Of a stretch of 64,000 bases of DNA, positions 52,895-64,000 are shown piece by piece; position 1 is the stretch's first letter; the number at the start of each line of letters is the position of its first letter. A model generated the notes under the pieces. The model made no database searches and was not told the DNA's origin. It saw only the letters and a list, made by a program, of their open reading frames with translations. Source of the stretch: Paraspadella gotoi (lineage: Eukaryota > Animalia > Chaetognatha); NCBI GenBank assembly GCA_051294375.1, contig CM119265.1:12013497-12077496 (forward strand). The letters are read 5' to 3'. A program made the translations under genes and the position numbers.

Positions 52895-55357
52895 AAATAA
52901 AACAAAATCATTGTTATCAAATAATAGAAATTTTTTGTTTTTCTCTCCAAATAAGAACTTTTATATAAAAAGGTATCAATATTAATATCTTTCTGAAAGC
53001 TCTTAAAAATTGTAAAAAGAATATATATTTAAGAATATTGGAAACATAAAAAATAAGATAATAAGATAATAAGATAATCCAAATTGAAATAGATAAAATC
53101 CTAAAATAATTTTTTAAATATCTGACGCCTATTTTACTATGATCTTACCAATTATTGTTATGTATAAGTAATGATAAAAAGTTTTAAGAAAAACTATATC
53201 AAAAATAACTAACAATCAATTTAATAATTATTTCAACAAACTGGCTCTTAAAAATTTTTAATTAATATTATCTTAAGGCTAGATAGGACCTATATTTAAA
53301 ATTACAGTATTTTTAGAATTATGTTCAATCTCTTTATATTTTTAAAGAGCTTTGTCAGAAAAGAATATTAATAATTGATACCGTTTTTAATATAGAAAGT
53401 TTTTGTAAAAAATAGGTATAGAAAAGTTATAAACAAGATTTGAAAAAAAAAATATTAAGGTTTTATAAAATGAAAACGACAATTGTTTGAAGACAAACTT
53501 ATCCTGCCGCTGCAGTACCAAGGTCCAAAATCAATAAACCATAAATAAATGAATTTAGGTTTTTTATTAACAGAAAAAAGTTTCCAAATGAAAAATTTTT
53601 TACAAATGTTCAATGTACTATTTTTTTTTATGCGGGCGGGCTGTTGTGTGTCGACCTTGTAGGTTAAAAATATTAGGTTAAGGTTTAGGCTTGGGCATAG
53701 AGAATAATAAGGGTTAGGGTTAGGCTAAAAAAAGATGGCCTGCTGTAAGATGAATAGTAAGATTATAAATAAAGATAAATCATAATTAGGGTTACGGGTT
53801 TTTATTGGAGGTTCCATTCAGGGTGAATGGGAAGGCTTATTATAGTCTCCCATTCTATTCATGCCAGTCGTTTAGCAAAGACCCTAAACTTGGCCAAATG
53901 CTTGTTTTGTCTATGTCACTTAGTCCGACCCTTAAATATCTCAAAAAGGATTGAGTTAAGGATGCGCGCCCGAGTATGGTTATTCCTTTCAGGCATATAA
54001 TATATTATGAAAGAAATAAACTAATATGATAAGTTTTATAGTATATTTTTGAATTCATTAATTAAAAAGTTAAAAATAAAAAGTATAATATTAAAGTAAT
54101 TTAGTTTTTTATCTTTTAAATGAGATATCTTTCAACCATATTATGTAACAAAAATTATATAAAAAGTATATAATATTGTCGGTAGCGTGACCCTTTACCC
54201 TCAGATGTTGATAGAGAGCTATTTCATGTTCGATCGATCTGACTATGTTTGTTATCGGATTTACCTGAATTAGTAGAGAGTTGAGTTTTGAATTTATTCT
54301 ATTTGATGAAACGTCCTTACTTTACAGAGCTAAAATATGAAGTGAATTACAATTCTTGCCTCTCTCTCTCATCGCTACTTTGTTTTGTTACATTTAAATC
54401 TTTGAACTAAAAATATCATTATATGTAATACATTGAAAGAAAATAAGAGAGAGACCTAACCTTTACAATTTAAACAAATTACGTGAAACTAAAAATATGG
54501 AGGAGGGACAAAATTCTTAATAAAATAAAATACTGTAGACCTCCCAGAAATATCACACATTTTTGAAAGTTGTTGATTCTTGCAAAGTTTCTCATTCCAA
54601 ATTTGCTGGAGAAAACGAATATCAACCTAAAAATTTTTTTCGAATGCTCTTTATGGACTTTCCTCGCCACTTTTGGCGCGAACTACTTCCGGTTGAAAAA
54701 AGACACAGATTTTTGAAAGAACCAAGCAGTTATTCGGTCAGCATGCTTAGTAAATTAAATTATATTTACTTATAACGCTAATACTTAATTTTTTTTGTTT
54801 TGGTTCACAAATGATGTAAAACGATAACAATTAAAAGACTATATATTAAAATTGCACATTTTTTTTACATAATCGGTTTTTGACAAGATTGTCAACTAAT
54901 TTTAAGAAAATTTGTATACAATTAGAACTATTATGGGGATTATTCAACCCATGAGCCGACATGAACCCAAAGGGTCAATCAATGCCAAAAAAAATATATT
55001 TTTTTAAAATTTATTATTTTTTTTCTTCTAAACAGTTTTTTAAATGTGGGTGGTGAATTTCTTTGAAAGTCAATATTTTGAAAATAAGAGAAAATGTTTT
55101 TTTTATTTTTGAATTATGATTAAGGTTTGATTAAGAAAACGGCTTTTTCATTCATTGATGCTTAAAAAAATTTTATTCAAAAAATTAACGACTATGATTA
55201 TAAACAATGAGTTTTAGTTATTAATAAAAAAGGACAAGTTTTGACTTTAATCCAAGCCTTCTTCAGCGCTAAAAGATGTCCGTTTTTAATACATAAAATT
55301 CAAAATTCAAAACAAAATAGAGAAAAAATATATTTTTTATTGTTTAAAAACAATGGT

Positions 55358-55548
55358 TGTGAGATATTTTGGTCTCACGCTCGCGAAGGCAAACATTCGA
55401 ACGTTGCCCGTTCCGAATAGAAAAGACGTTTCTCATTTTCTGTGAAACTTTATTAGTCAAAATTCTACCGGAGACCCATGTAAAGACAGTCGGAACGGGC
55501 AACGTTCGAATGTTTCTCTTCGCGAGCGTGAGACCAAAATATCTCACA
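55358..55548. mobile_element. Small MITE-like hairpin with ~60-bp TIRs
   Basis: TGTGAGATATTTTGGTCTCACGCTCGCGAAG..GTTGCCCGTTCCGA is mirrored at 55490-55548. Confidence 0.8.
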
Positions 55549-56028
55549 GTAAAAACGGGTTTTTGAAGCGGGTACAACTTTGAGCTCTGAAGAGAAAAGT
55601 GAAAAAAAAAATACGGACAACCGGACAGGTTCGGCTCTGATAAGAGCGCGAATTTGCTTCATGAAAATAAAAAAAATTTCACAAAGCAAATCGCGCTAAA
55701 GAAGGCTCTCATCAGAGCGGAAACATGTCCATTTTTTTTGCTTCACTTTTACATTTGTTTTTAAACAAGAAAAAACTTTGTATCTAAAACTTACCAACTA
55801 CAACAAAACGAAAGAAATTACAATATAAAATCTATTTTTAATCAATAACCGCTGACTTCCCTCGTTATTTTGTTAAGTTAGTGATATCGGTGTAGGTTTA
55901 TTGTAGATTCCCAAACCTCAAAGTGGATTCCACATGCTTTGAACCTTCACATTTGATATGTCTTTAAAATTCGCGTTTTAATGCTTTTAATGGAGACGAA
56001 TAATTTATTTGCAACAATTTTATTATTA

Positions 56029-56071
56029 GACGAACATGTTTCAGCTCACAATTTGAGCCTTCATCAGCGTC
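56029..56071 (-). ncRNA. Minimal type I hammerhead ribozyme
   Basis: Minus strand: GACG-CUGAUGA-aggcuca(aauug)ugagcu-GAAA-caug-UU-CGUC; perfect 4-bp helix I. Confidence 0.8.
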
Positions 56072-58419
56072 AAATTCTTGTGAATTACAAATTTTTCTAC
56101 AAACTTCTGGAAACTTTACCCCCTCTCTATCTCTCTTTCCCCCTCCCTCTTCTTCTTTTGTGCCAATTCATAAAATTAGTAAAATCATATTTATTTTTAA
56201 CTTATTTTTACTTCTTTAAAGATTATTTTGAATTTTGTACTTTTCATTCATTTTTATTCAAAGTAGTTGAAATATTGGCTTAATAATTGTTCTTATTATT
56301 GTTATTAGCGAGGATAATGGCGCCACCCTCGAGGTTATTATAGATCAATTTACTAATAAAATAATATTAAAAAACATATATGAATATAAACATAAAGTAG
56401 AATTATTGTTAACTTAAATTCAAAAGAATAGTATTAGAAAAATCTTTCAAAAATGCAATTATTTCCTTTTTTTAAGTTTTGAAATATTAATGTAAGTATT
56501 TAATAATTTTAGTAATATACATGTATACATATAATTTAATAAAAAATTAAAATATTTAGAACTATGTATAATTAACCAGAAAATAAGCTTAAAATTACTA
56601 ATTTTAGTCTAGAAACATTTTATTTCAAAAAACAACAGCTATTTTTAAACCGGAAGTGGTACGCCACATAAAGTGGCGTGGAAAGTCCATAAATCACAAC
56701 CTGAGAAATTTTTCATTGTGATATTCGTTTTTTTCACTAAAATTGGAATAAGAAACTTTGCGAGAACCAACAAACTTTTCTAAAGTAGGATATTTTTGGG
56801 AGCCCTATAAAATAGGTTACGTAAACAAAACATTTCTGACAATATAAAAAAATTATTAAGCAAAATAATTGTTATTATTATTATTATTGTTCAAAATATA
56901 TTATTGAAAAGCTTTGCCTTTAATCAGTCTGCAAATGGTTGCTGTATTAAGTAAGCCAAAGCATATTAAAGGATAAATTTTACTTCATAAATAAATAAAA
57001 TTAAATATTTATAATAAATTTAATAGATTAAAAAAAAAAGAATTATTATTATTTACTTAATCTTATGTATAATAAATATATGATATTATATAAATTATAA
57101 AAATCAGTATTATGTTTTTTTAAATATTTTTTTTAATTTAATAATTATAATCTTATTTTATTTTTATGGAGCTGGAGCTGGGCATTTTTATTTCGGCTCC
57201 GGCTCCAGTCAAAAATTTTTTTCGGCTCCGGCTCCAGCTCCAGCCAGATAAAAATTCTGGCTCCGGCTCCGGCAAAAAAAGCTCGGCTCCAGCGGCTCCA
57301 GCTCCGGCTCCACATCCCTGGGTACAAGTCCCAATAAAATCGAGCAAAGTGTTCGAAAGTTATATGAGGATAAAGTCGATTTGTACAAAAATCGAAAAAG
57401 AAGAAATTAGTTTTTGTCAAAAAGAGTCAAGGACTTTTCCCTATTAAAAGTGTTTATAACATGAAATTGGTACAACCAATATAAAAATTAACCAATAACC
57501 ATTCATTTAATAAATAAGCTTTCTTGCCCCTGACTTTGGAAAGGCTTTGGTGGTTTAAGGCCTCCATCACTCTTACAAGATAATGACTTAGCAGGTCCCA
57601 GAAAGTTTTCAATCATGACTCTCTCACAGTCTCGTTTATTCACTCCCAGAGTACCTGGCTTCCCTATCAATGAAGTGGTATGTTTTAAAGAGCGTTTTAA
57701 AAAGATATATTTTTAAAATTTTTTTTAAAATTAAAAAGAAATAATTGTTTTACCAATTTGATAATAAAAATTTAAAAAAATAAAAATTTGTAAAATTTCA
57801 ATAGCCATGTTAATATTATTAGATTAATTAGCTTTTTTAAATATTTTTTATTATACAGAACTATCAAAACAAATTGAAACATATTTATTAATTGTTTTTT
57901 AAAAAAAATAGTTATTATTGAAATGTTTATGCTCTCTTTTGCATTATATTCAACCTTACGATGACGCATTAATCTCATTTGCATATTCGAGTCACTCGAT
58001 TTTAATTACTAACCTTTTGAGAATACTTGACCTGCCGGGTGTGTATCTAATATCCATTAAATATGGTTCTGATCATTTTTGGAAAGTTTTTTGAAAATCT
58101 AAATCTAGATTCAGGCACTATCTAAATTGCTTAATGGGTTTAGAAGAAATTGACCAAAAACAACTAAAATACCTCTCCCTTTTTTCAACATTCTCGCCTT
58201 TTAAGATTTTCGCCGATTCTGACTTCCTCTTACAAACTTTAATTCCGCTAGTTAATTTTTTTCCCTTAAACGAACGAAAGGAATCCATAACTTTCTATTA
58301 TTTTATAATTACTGGGTAAAAGAATATAATGAATTATATTAACATTTTTGATATTATGAAAGTGTAATGTCTTGTGAAGCCTGTGAGAGTTAAATAATTA
58401 AAAAATTCGCCTATTTTAT

Positions 58420-59551
58420 TAGGGGAGCCTAACTCAGTAAGGTGGTTAAGAAATTTGAATTAAGTACCTGCTCAAACAAAAATTTAAAGATTTTTTTAAA
58501 CAATTGAATAGACAAAAAGTTTTAATATTACTCCATAATTTTTTACTATTTATTTATAAATAGGAAAGGCTAAAATTTTTTAAGAATTTTTTAATTTTTA
58601 AGATCAGATTCAGGTAGCTTGCAAAAAGCTATCTACACAAAGTATAATTCTTTTTTCGATATTTTGATCATAAGTTGGTGAAAATTATGAAAAACTATTT
58701 ATAATCATTATCATCATCATCTTTCGATAATTGTATTACTTTTTATTAATTTTGACTAAGAAAACATAAAAAATTTTGAAAGTTGTAGTTATATTTTTTA
58801 TTTAACTTTTTATGCTCTATCGGAATCCATCAAAAAAAGTTAGGATTGATTAAAAAAAAATTTAACATTATATAGTAATATTGTAATTTTAATAGCAACA
58901 ATAAAAGCATTAAAATCTTACCTTTCAAAATTTTTTTTACCTGAAAGTAGGCTTCAAGACTAAAGTTTTGAACCCCCGCCCCTATTGAATTTAATTTCAT
59001 AGTAGATTTCTAATTTTATTATTGAAAAATAACATCAAAGTGAAGAAGTTGAACGTCTTCCGGCTCCTTTCAGTAAACATCCCTGTTCTCTAACATAAAA
59101 TAATGTTTACTTTTTGCTGGTGGAAAAGAATGAGGCTGTGATGGGGTAAATAATATTTTGTAGAATTTTGTAAGCATGCTTATAAAATCAGACAAGCAAA
59201 TATTTAAGTGAAAAAAAAAATATTTTCTTTATCCAAAAAACTTTAAAGTTTTACTAGAGTACAATTTAGCCTCTTTTTTTTTCAGAATCATTAAAAAGAA
59301 TTGAATTTTGATTTATTTTTATGGGGTATCATTTTTTAAAAAATTCATTATAATTTAGCGTTTAGCGTGTCAAAAAAATAGGAAAAAAAGAGTAAAACGT
59401 TCTGACAAATTTAAAAATTTATGGAGGAATCTAGTATACTTAACAATGTAGGAGAAATGTCACAATGTCTACTTAAAAATGTATAAATTTTGGTTTGAGC
59501 TTGTACTCGCTCTAAATTTTTGACTTACCCCATTGAGTGCGGTTGCCCCTA
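58420..59551. mobile_element. TIR element family (TAGGGG(A/C)A(G/A)CC.. ends); related ends at ~12365, ~31260 and ~63679
   Basis: AGGGGAGCCTAACTCAGTAAGG at 58420 and CCCCATTGAGTGCGGTTGCCCCTA near 59551; internal blocks repeated at 31260-31710 and 63679-63965. Confidence 0.6.
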
Positions 59552-59803
59552 TTTTAAGCAAGATTTTCACCTGATCTCTGATGAAAAAAGCCAAAAGTTT
59601 TTTAAATATATTCTAATACCAGCCAATGTAGAATAATGGCAATATTGCTATTATTCTGTTTCAAATAAATCCCAGGGGCGTTTATAAAGTTTGGTAGTCA
59701 GATTCGAACGAAAATCTTTGTTGAAAAAATATTCCTTAACTTCTAAGAGCAACGTAGTTAGTTAACGTGGAATAGCTTCAAACAAATTACTGACACTAAT
59801 TTC

Positions 59804-62707
59804 TTATTTGTTTTTCTTCAACGTCCTTTGCTTCTCTCCAAACTCGACTATCTTTTCGTCCACTTTGATTCCCTTCCGTCTCCTGACATCGTTCATGTAC
59901 TTCCGAGCTACATTTTCGCTGTCCGCCTTTTCACCAAAATGCGCGTATTCTTCCTCCGTGGTCGGCACCCACAGCGGGTCTAGATCGAAGGTTTCCCAGT
60001 GGCTGAAGACGAGTTGGGGACTGGCCAATCCGCTCGTCCGCTTTCGCACCTCGTCGCAGAAGCCGAAGGATTCGACGACAGGAAGAACGGCGTCGATTAC
60101 GAAAACGTTGGAGCCTTCCCGAAGCCTCTCCCGCTCAACCCTGCCTTGACGCTTGCCCAGCACAGCGTACATACGCCCCAGCACGTCGGCCGTTGCGTGA
60201 ATCTCACAAGAATACATGGCGGTCATAAGGCGAAGAGGGTGAAGCTTGAGGGCGCGGTAGATGGCGGCCGAAGTGGCAGACATAAGTTGACCGCTGTGTG
60301 GACCGTGAGGAGAGAGCGCTGAATCGCCAATGATGACGTCGCTTTCTCTCCACTTTTCCACGACGACGCAGACACCGTGCAAGGGCTCGCGACAAAGCGG
60401 ACCTGAGCCGGTGGCGAGGTAAAATCCCCCGAGGATGGCGCTGTCATTGTCGCGAAAACGGAAACGAGTTTTCCGAGACCGTGCCCGAACGTTGTCGAAA
60501 ATCCATGAAGGCCAGATCGAAGGGCGCTCGTAATTGGGATCGTCGAAGATTAACGCGTTGAATCCTAATCTCTTTGGTCCAAACGCAACAATTTTATCCA
60601 CCCTTGCTCTCCAAGTATGCAGCGACTCTCCGTCTCCCTTGGTCTCATCCTCCTCTTCTTCCTCCTCCTCGTCAACCGCCTCAGCTGCGCTCGTCAACTC
60701 TTCCTTCAAGCGACGGATCGTGGATTTCTCCTCTTCGGACACAGAGCTGGATTCCGCGGAATCAAGTTTGGAAAGAAGTTTTAACGAAGACTCGTTGGCT
60801 TCGAGGACGTCGAGGATTCGGCGAGGGAGGGGGATTGTTTGGACACGGAGAGACGCGCGAAGGTCAGGAGTGGAGACGACGACGGATTTTCCGACGATGG
60901 AGGATTCGTCAGGAGCGGCGTCGTCTTCGTCCGAAGATTCCGACGAGGGCGTCACGATGGTTTCGTTGACGCGATCCACGCGCGGCGGCTTTATGATAGT
61001 CTCGCGGAATCCCACGATGGGCGACGAGACATCGAGGGGAACTCGGGCGAACATTTCCGTCAAATCCTTTAAGCAACGTTCGAGGTGCACTTCGCCGGCG
61101 GCGACGAGAACGTGCTCTCCCGTTGCTTGAGTCAAAACTTCGACGCACGGATCCGCGAGACTGAGCGCCTTCATTCCCGCTAACACGGCATCCACGTCTT
61201 TAGGATTTTTCGGCTCGATGGCGACGCGGACGATCGGCTTAGAGCAATGGCTTTGAAGGTGAGCCAAAGAAGGGCAGAAAGGCAAAGAAGAGAGGGTGGC
61301 GGAACGATGAACTCGATCGCTTAGTCCCGCAACTCCGACCACGGTGCCCGCCGGCGCCGAATCCAAGGACTCCAGATCGCGGCCCATGAGGAGAAATAGA
61401 TCTTGGATTTTCACCATCGCAGGAAGATCCCGCTCGCCCTTCATTACTGAAGTCTCACGAAAGACTCGGTCGGGACACAAAACGTAAACGGATTGACCTT
61501 TGTGGAGTATCCCGCTATAGACGCGAGCGAGGGCGACGAAGGAAAGGCCGCTGGCGTCGTCGTCTTCGTTAGTTAAGTCTTCATCATCGACGAGAGACGA
61601 ATCTTCGTTTTCAATCTCGGCCTTTAGCTGCATCCTCCTAAGCCGCTCAGAGTGGGCCTTCCGAGCAGAGTCTTTCCGCGCTTGAAGTTCCTCCTCCGAC
61701 ATTGGCGCGCGTCTATTGACCGGAAGTTGGCGAGACTCGACGGAAAATACTTTGGAGACGAGAACGATTGTTGGAGCTAACGGACTTAAAAAAAATTAAA
61801 ACAGATTGAAAACATTAATTAAAACTAATTGAAATGCGGATTGCTTCGAAATAGAGCTTGGAACAAACCTGCAATTTTTGAAATGAACGAGCAACTCTTT
61901 CAGGTCAGCGGGCATCTTTTCAAACGTTCTCGGATTCCCCGCCATGAGCCTTTGGATTTTCTCGTCTTCTAACTCGACGGGCGACGGGAGTTTCCGACAG
62001 ACCATCTCGAGGACGGCGTCCGCGAGAGGGAGCCACTGCGAGAGGATGGCGCGGAGCCAAACGCGGGCGTCCGAGTTCCTCGAATCCCGAGGGAGAATCT
62101 TGAGCCGCAAGGAGGCGACGATCTTTTCGACGATCGCCTTGTCCCGCTTCTCCAGCACGGCGTCGTAGATGGACCACAGGTTCTCCAGCACTAGCTGAAC
62201 GAACAATGGCTTCTTTCCTTTGACGGCGGCGCCCTGGCGAAGCGACCGATCCTTTGCGTTCAAGTAATAATCTCCCCACAACGACTTCCGCAAATCTTCC
62301 TTAGGCACGCCCAGTTTCTCGGCGCCGACTTCGACGAACCTTTCCAAGCTGAATCCCCACCCATCCACGGCGGAGGCGAAGACGACGTTGCCTGATTCCG
62401 GCGAAAAGTACACGTCGTCGTCGTCGGCCTCGTCGAAGGCGGACGTCCATTGGAAGGAGGTCGTGTTGGAGCCGTAAGTGTCTCTTCGGACTCGAGGAGA
62501 GGATGTCGTCGTCTCCTCATCATCCTCTTCCTCCTCCCCCTTACGTCTCAAGGCTTCGGTGGCGTATAACTCGCCGACGGCCGCGTTGACGTCGATGAGG
62601 ATTTTCTTGATTCGGGCGAAGGCCTCCGTCGGCGTCATCTTTGTCTCCACCACCAGACGATCGATTTTGTTGAGGACGAGGACGGGACGGAGGGTCGCCT
62701 CCCACGC
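59804..62707 (-). CDS. EFL1: Elongation factor-like GTPase 1 (EFL1/EFTUD1/Ria1), 3' exons; 5' exons lie beyond the window
   Basis: Exons 61869-62707 and 59804-61784. G4 motif VLNKIDRL, FSPESGNVVFASAVDGWGF, GEHVLVAAGEVHLERCLKDL, and the C-terminal RKRTSGLASPQLVFSHW..EKQRTLKKNK. Confidence 0.96.
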
Positions 62708-64000
62708 CTGAGTATTTATACGACAATGATCTATGAGAGAAACTGAATAATTGTATTAAGATGAACATGTAAAGAGTAATGGAGCAAATTTCGTTCTATA
62801 GTGGACTAAAATCTGAAGCTCAGGGACTTCTTATATTGAACGGTTCTGTCACTAACTCCTAACAATTATTTCTATCTCTTCAGTTCCATTATTAATTTAG
62901 AATAGTCATATCTTAATCATTAGTTCAAAGTACTGCAACAAGCCCAATAAAGCCCATATTTTGGCCTTCCTGGAGATCAATACGCTCTGGAGGCCTTTGG
63001 GAAAACGAAGAGCAAGGTTTTTTTAAAAGAATTAACGGAAAAAAGAAAAGAAACGGAAGAGGATAACGTTTCGGGAAAAAAAATAAAGGAATTCAGATAT
63101 CATAATTTTATTTTAATGTTTTTTTTTGTTATATGAAATTGGTACTACCAATATATATTTGGGTAAAAATTAAGGTTACAATAAATTATGGTTAAGAATT
63201 AATTTAAGAATAAGTGTAAGTTAGCTAGAAAAATAAATTAAGGTTAAAAATAAGTTAGGGGTAAGTTAGGCGTTATGGGTAGTTAAGGGTAAGTTAGGGG
63301 TAAGTTAGGGTTAGGGTAAGTTAGGGTAAAGTTAGGGGTAAAGGGTAAGTTAGGGTAAGGGTAAGTTAGGGGTAAGGGTAGGTTAGGGGTAAGGGTAAGT
63401 TAGGGGTAAGGGTAAGTTTAGGTTAAGGGGTAAGTTTAGGTTAGGGGTAAGTTTAGGTTAGGGGTAAGTTTAAGGGTAAATTAGAATTAAATTTAAAATT
63501 AAGTTTTGGCTTAAGTATTAGAGTGATGTGAAAATGATAAAATTTAAAAAAATTAAAATTTAGCATATAAAACATGAATATAAAAACCAATAAAAATATT
63601 TTGGTAAATTGATTTTTTAATTTTATACATTAGTGGGTACCAGTGAGCATATTTTATATATAGTAATAAGTATATAATTAGGGGGAGCCTAACTCAGTAA
63701 GGTGGTTAAGAATTTGAATATAAGCACCTGCTCAAACGAAAATTTAAACATTTTTAAAAAAATATGAATAGACAAAAATTTTTAATATTATTCCATATAT
63801 TAATTTTTTAATATTTATTTATAAATAGGAAAGGCTAAAATTTTTTTTAGAATTTTTTTATTTTTAAGATCAGATTCAGGTAGCTTGCAAAAAGTTAACT
63901 ACAAAAAGTATAATTCTTTTTTCGATATTTTGATCATAAGAGTATGAATAATATGAAAAACTATTTAACAAAGTTTGGAAATGTTTTCGTCAACGATTTT

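Larger units (their letters stand above)
50987..57320. mobile_element. Non-autonomous hAT-like element with (GGCTCC)n subterminal repeats, hosting nested elements
   Basis: TIR CAGGGATGTGGAGCCG; 8-bp TSD GGTACAAG; it splits a copy of the repeat found uninterrupted and inverted at ~30695-32760. Confidence 0.9.

Noticed and set aside
57145-57447. ORFs with WSRSWS / EPEPE / APAPA repeats (also 50629-51102)
   Set aside because: Translations of the (GGCTCC)n subterminal repeats of the hAT-like element.
59808-62711. Plus-strand ORFs overlapping EFL1 and other GC-rich exons (e.g. 20967-21476, 25167-25620, 47396-47752)
   Set aside because: Antisense shadows of GC-rich coding sequence with no independent motifs.
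63240-63480. True telomere
   Set aside because: Degenerate, internal to an EFL1 intron and followed by ordinary repeat DNA.

Overview
AT-rich eukaryotic genomic DNA, probably from an invertebrate animal (spliceosomal introns, TTAGGG-like repeats). It holds eight GC-rich protein genes, all on the minus strand. From right to left: EFL1 (3' part), an intronless CENP-B/Tigger-type HTH gene, an SRSF4/5/6-type SR protein, profilin-4, RPS19BP1/AROS, Pol I subunit RPA43, a DEPDC-family DEP/RhoGAP-like gene spread over 23 kb, and a small ankyrin-motif ORF. Most stop-to-start spacers are only 80-800 bp, and each visible start codon has a 3' splice-acceptor-like site just upstream, which suggests an operon resolved by spliced-leader trans-splicing (inference). 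Introns are bimodal: mostly about 60-100 bp, or 2-11 kb stacks of nested non-autonomous transposons (hAT, Tc1/pogo, Helentron-like, LTR-like, Penelope-like), many of them long palindromes. The window also carries about ten minimal hammerhead ribozyme cores, mostly as outward-facing inverted pairs, and a family of small TG..CA elements with covarying RNA hairpins. Gene models were assembled by eye; no database searches were run.
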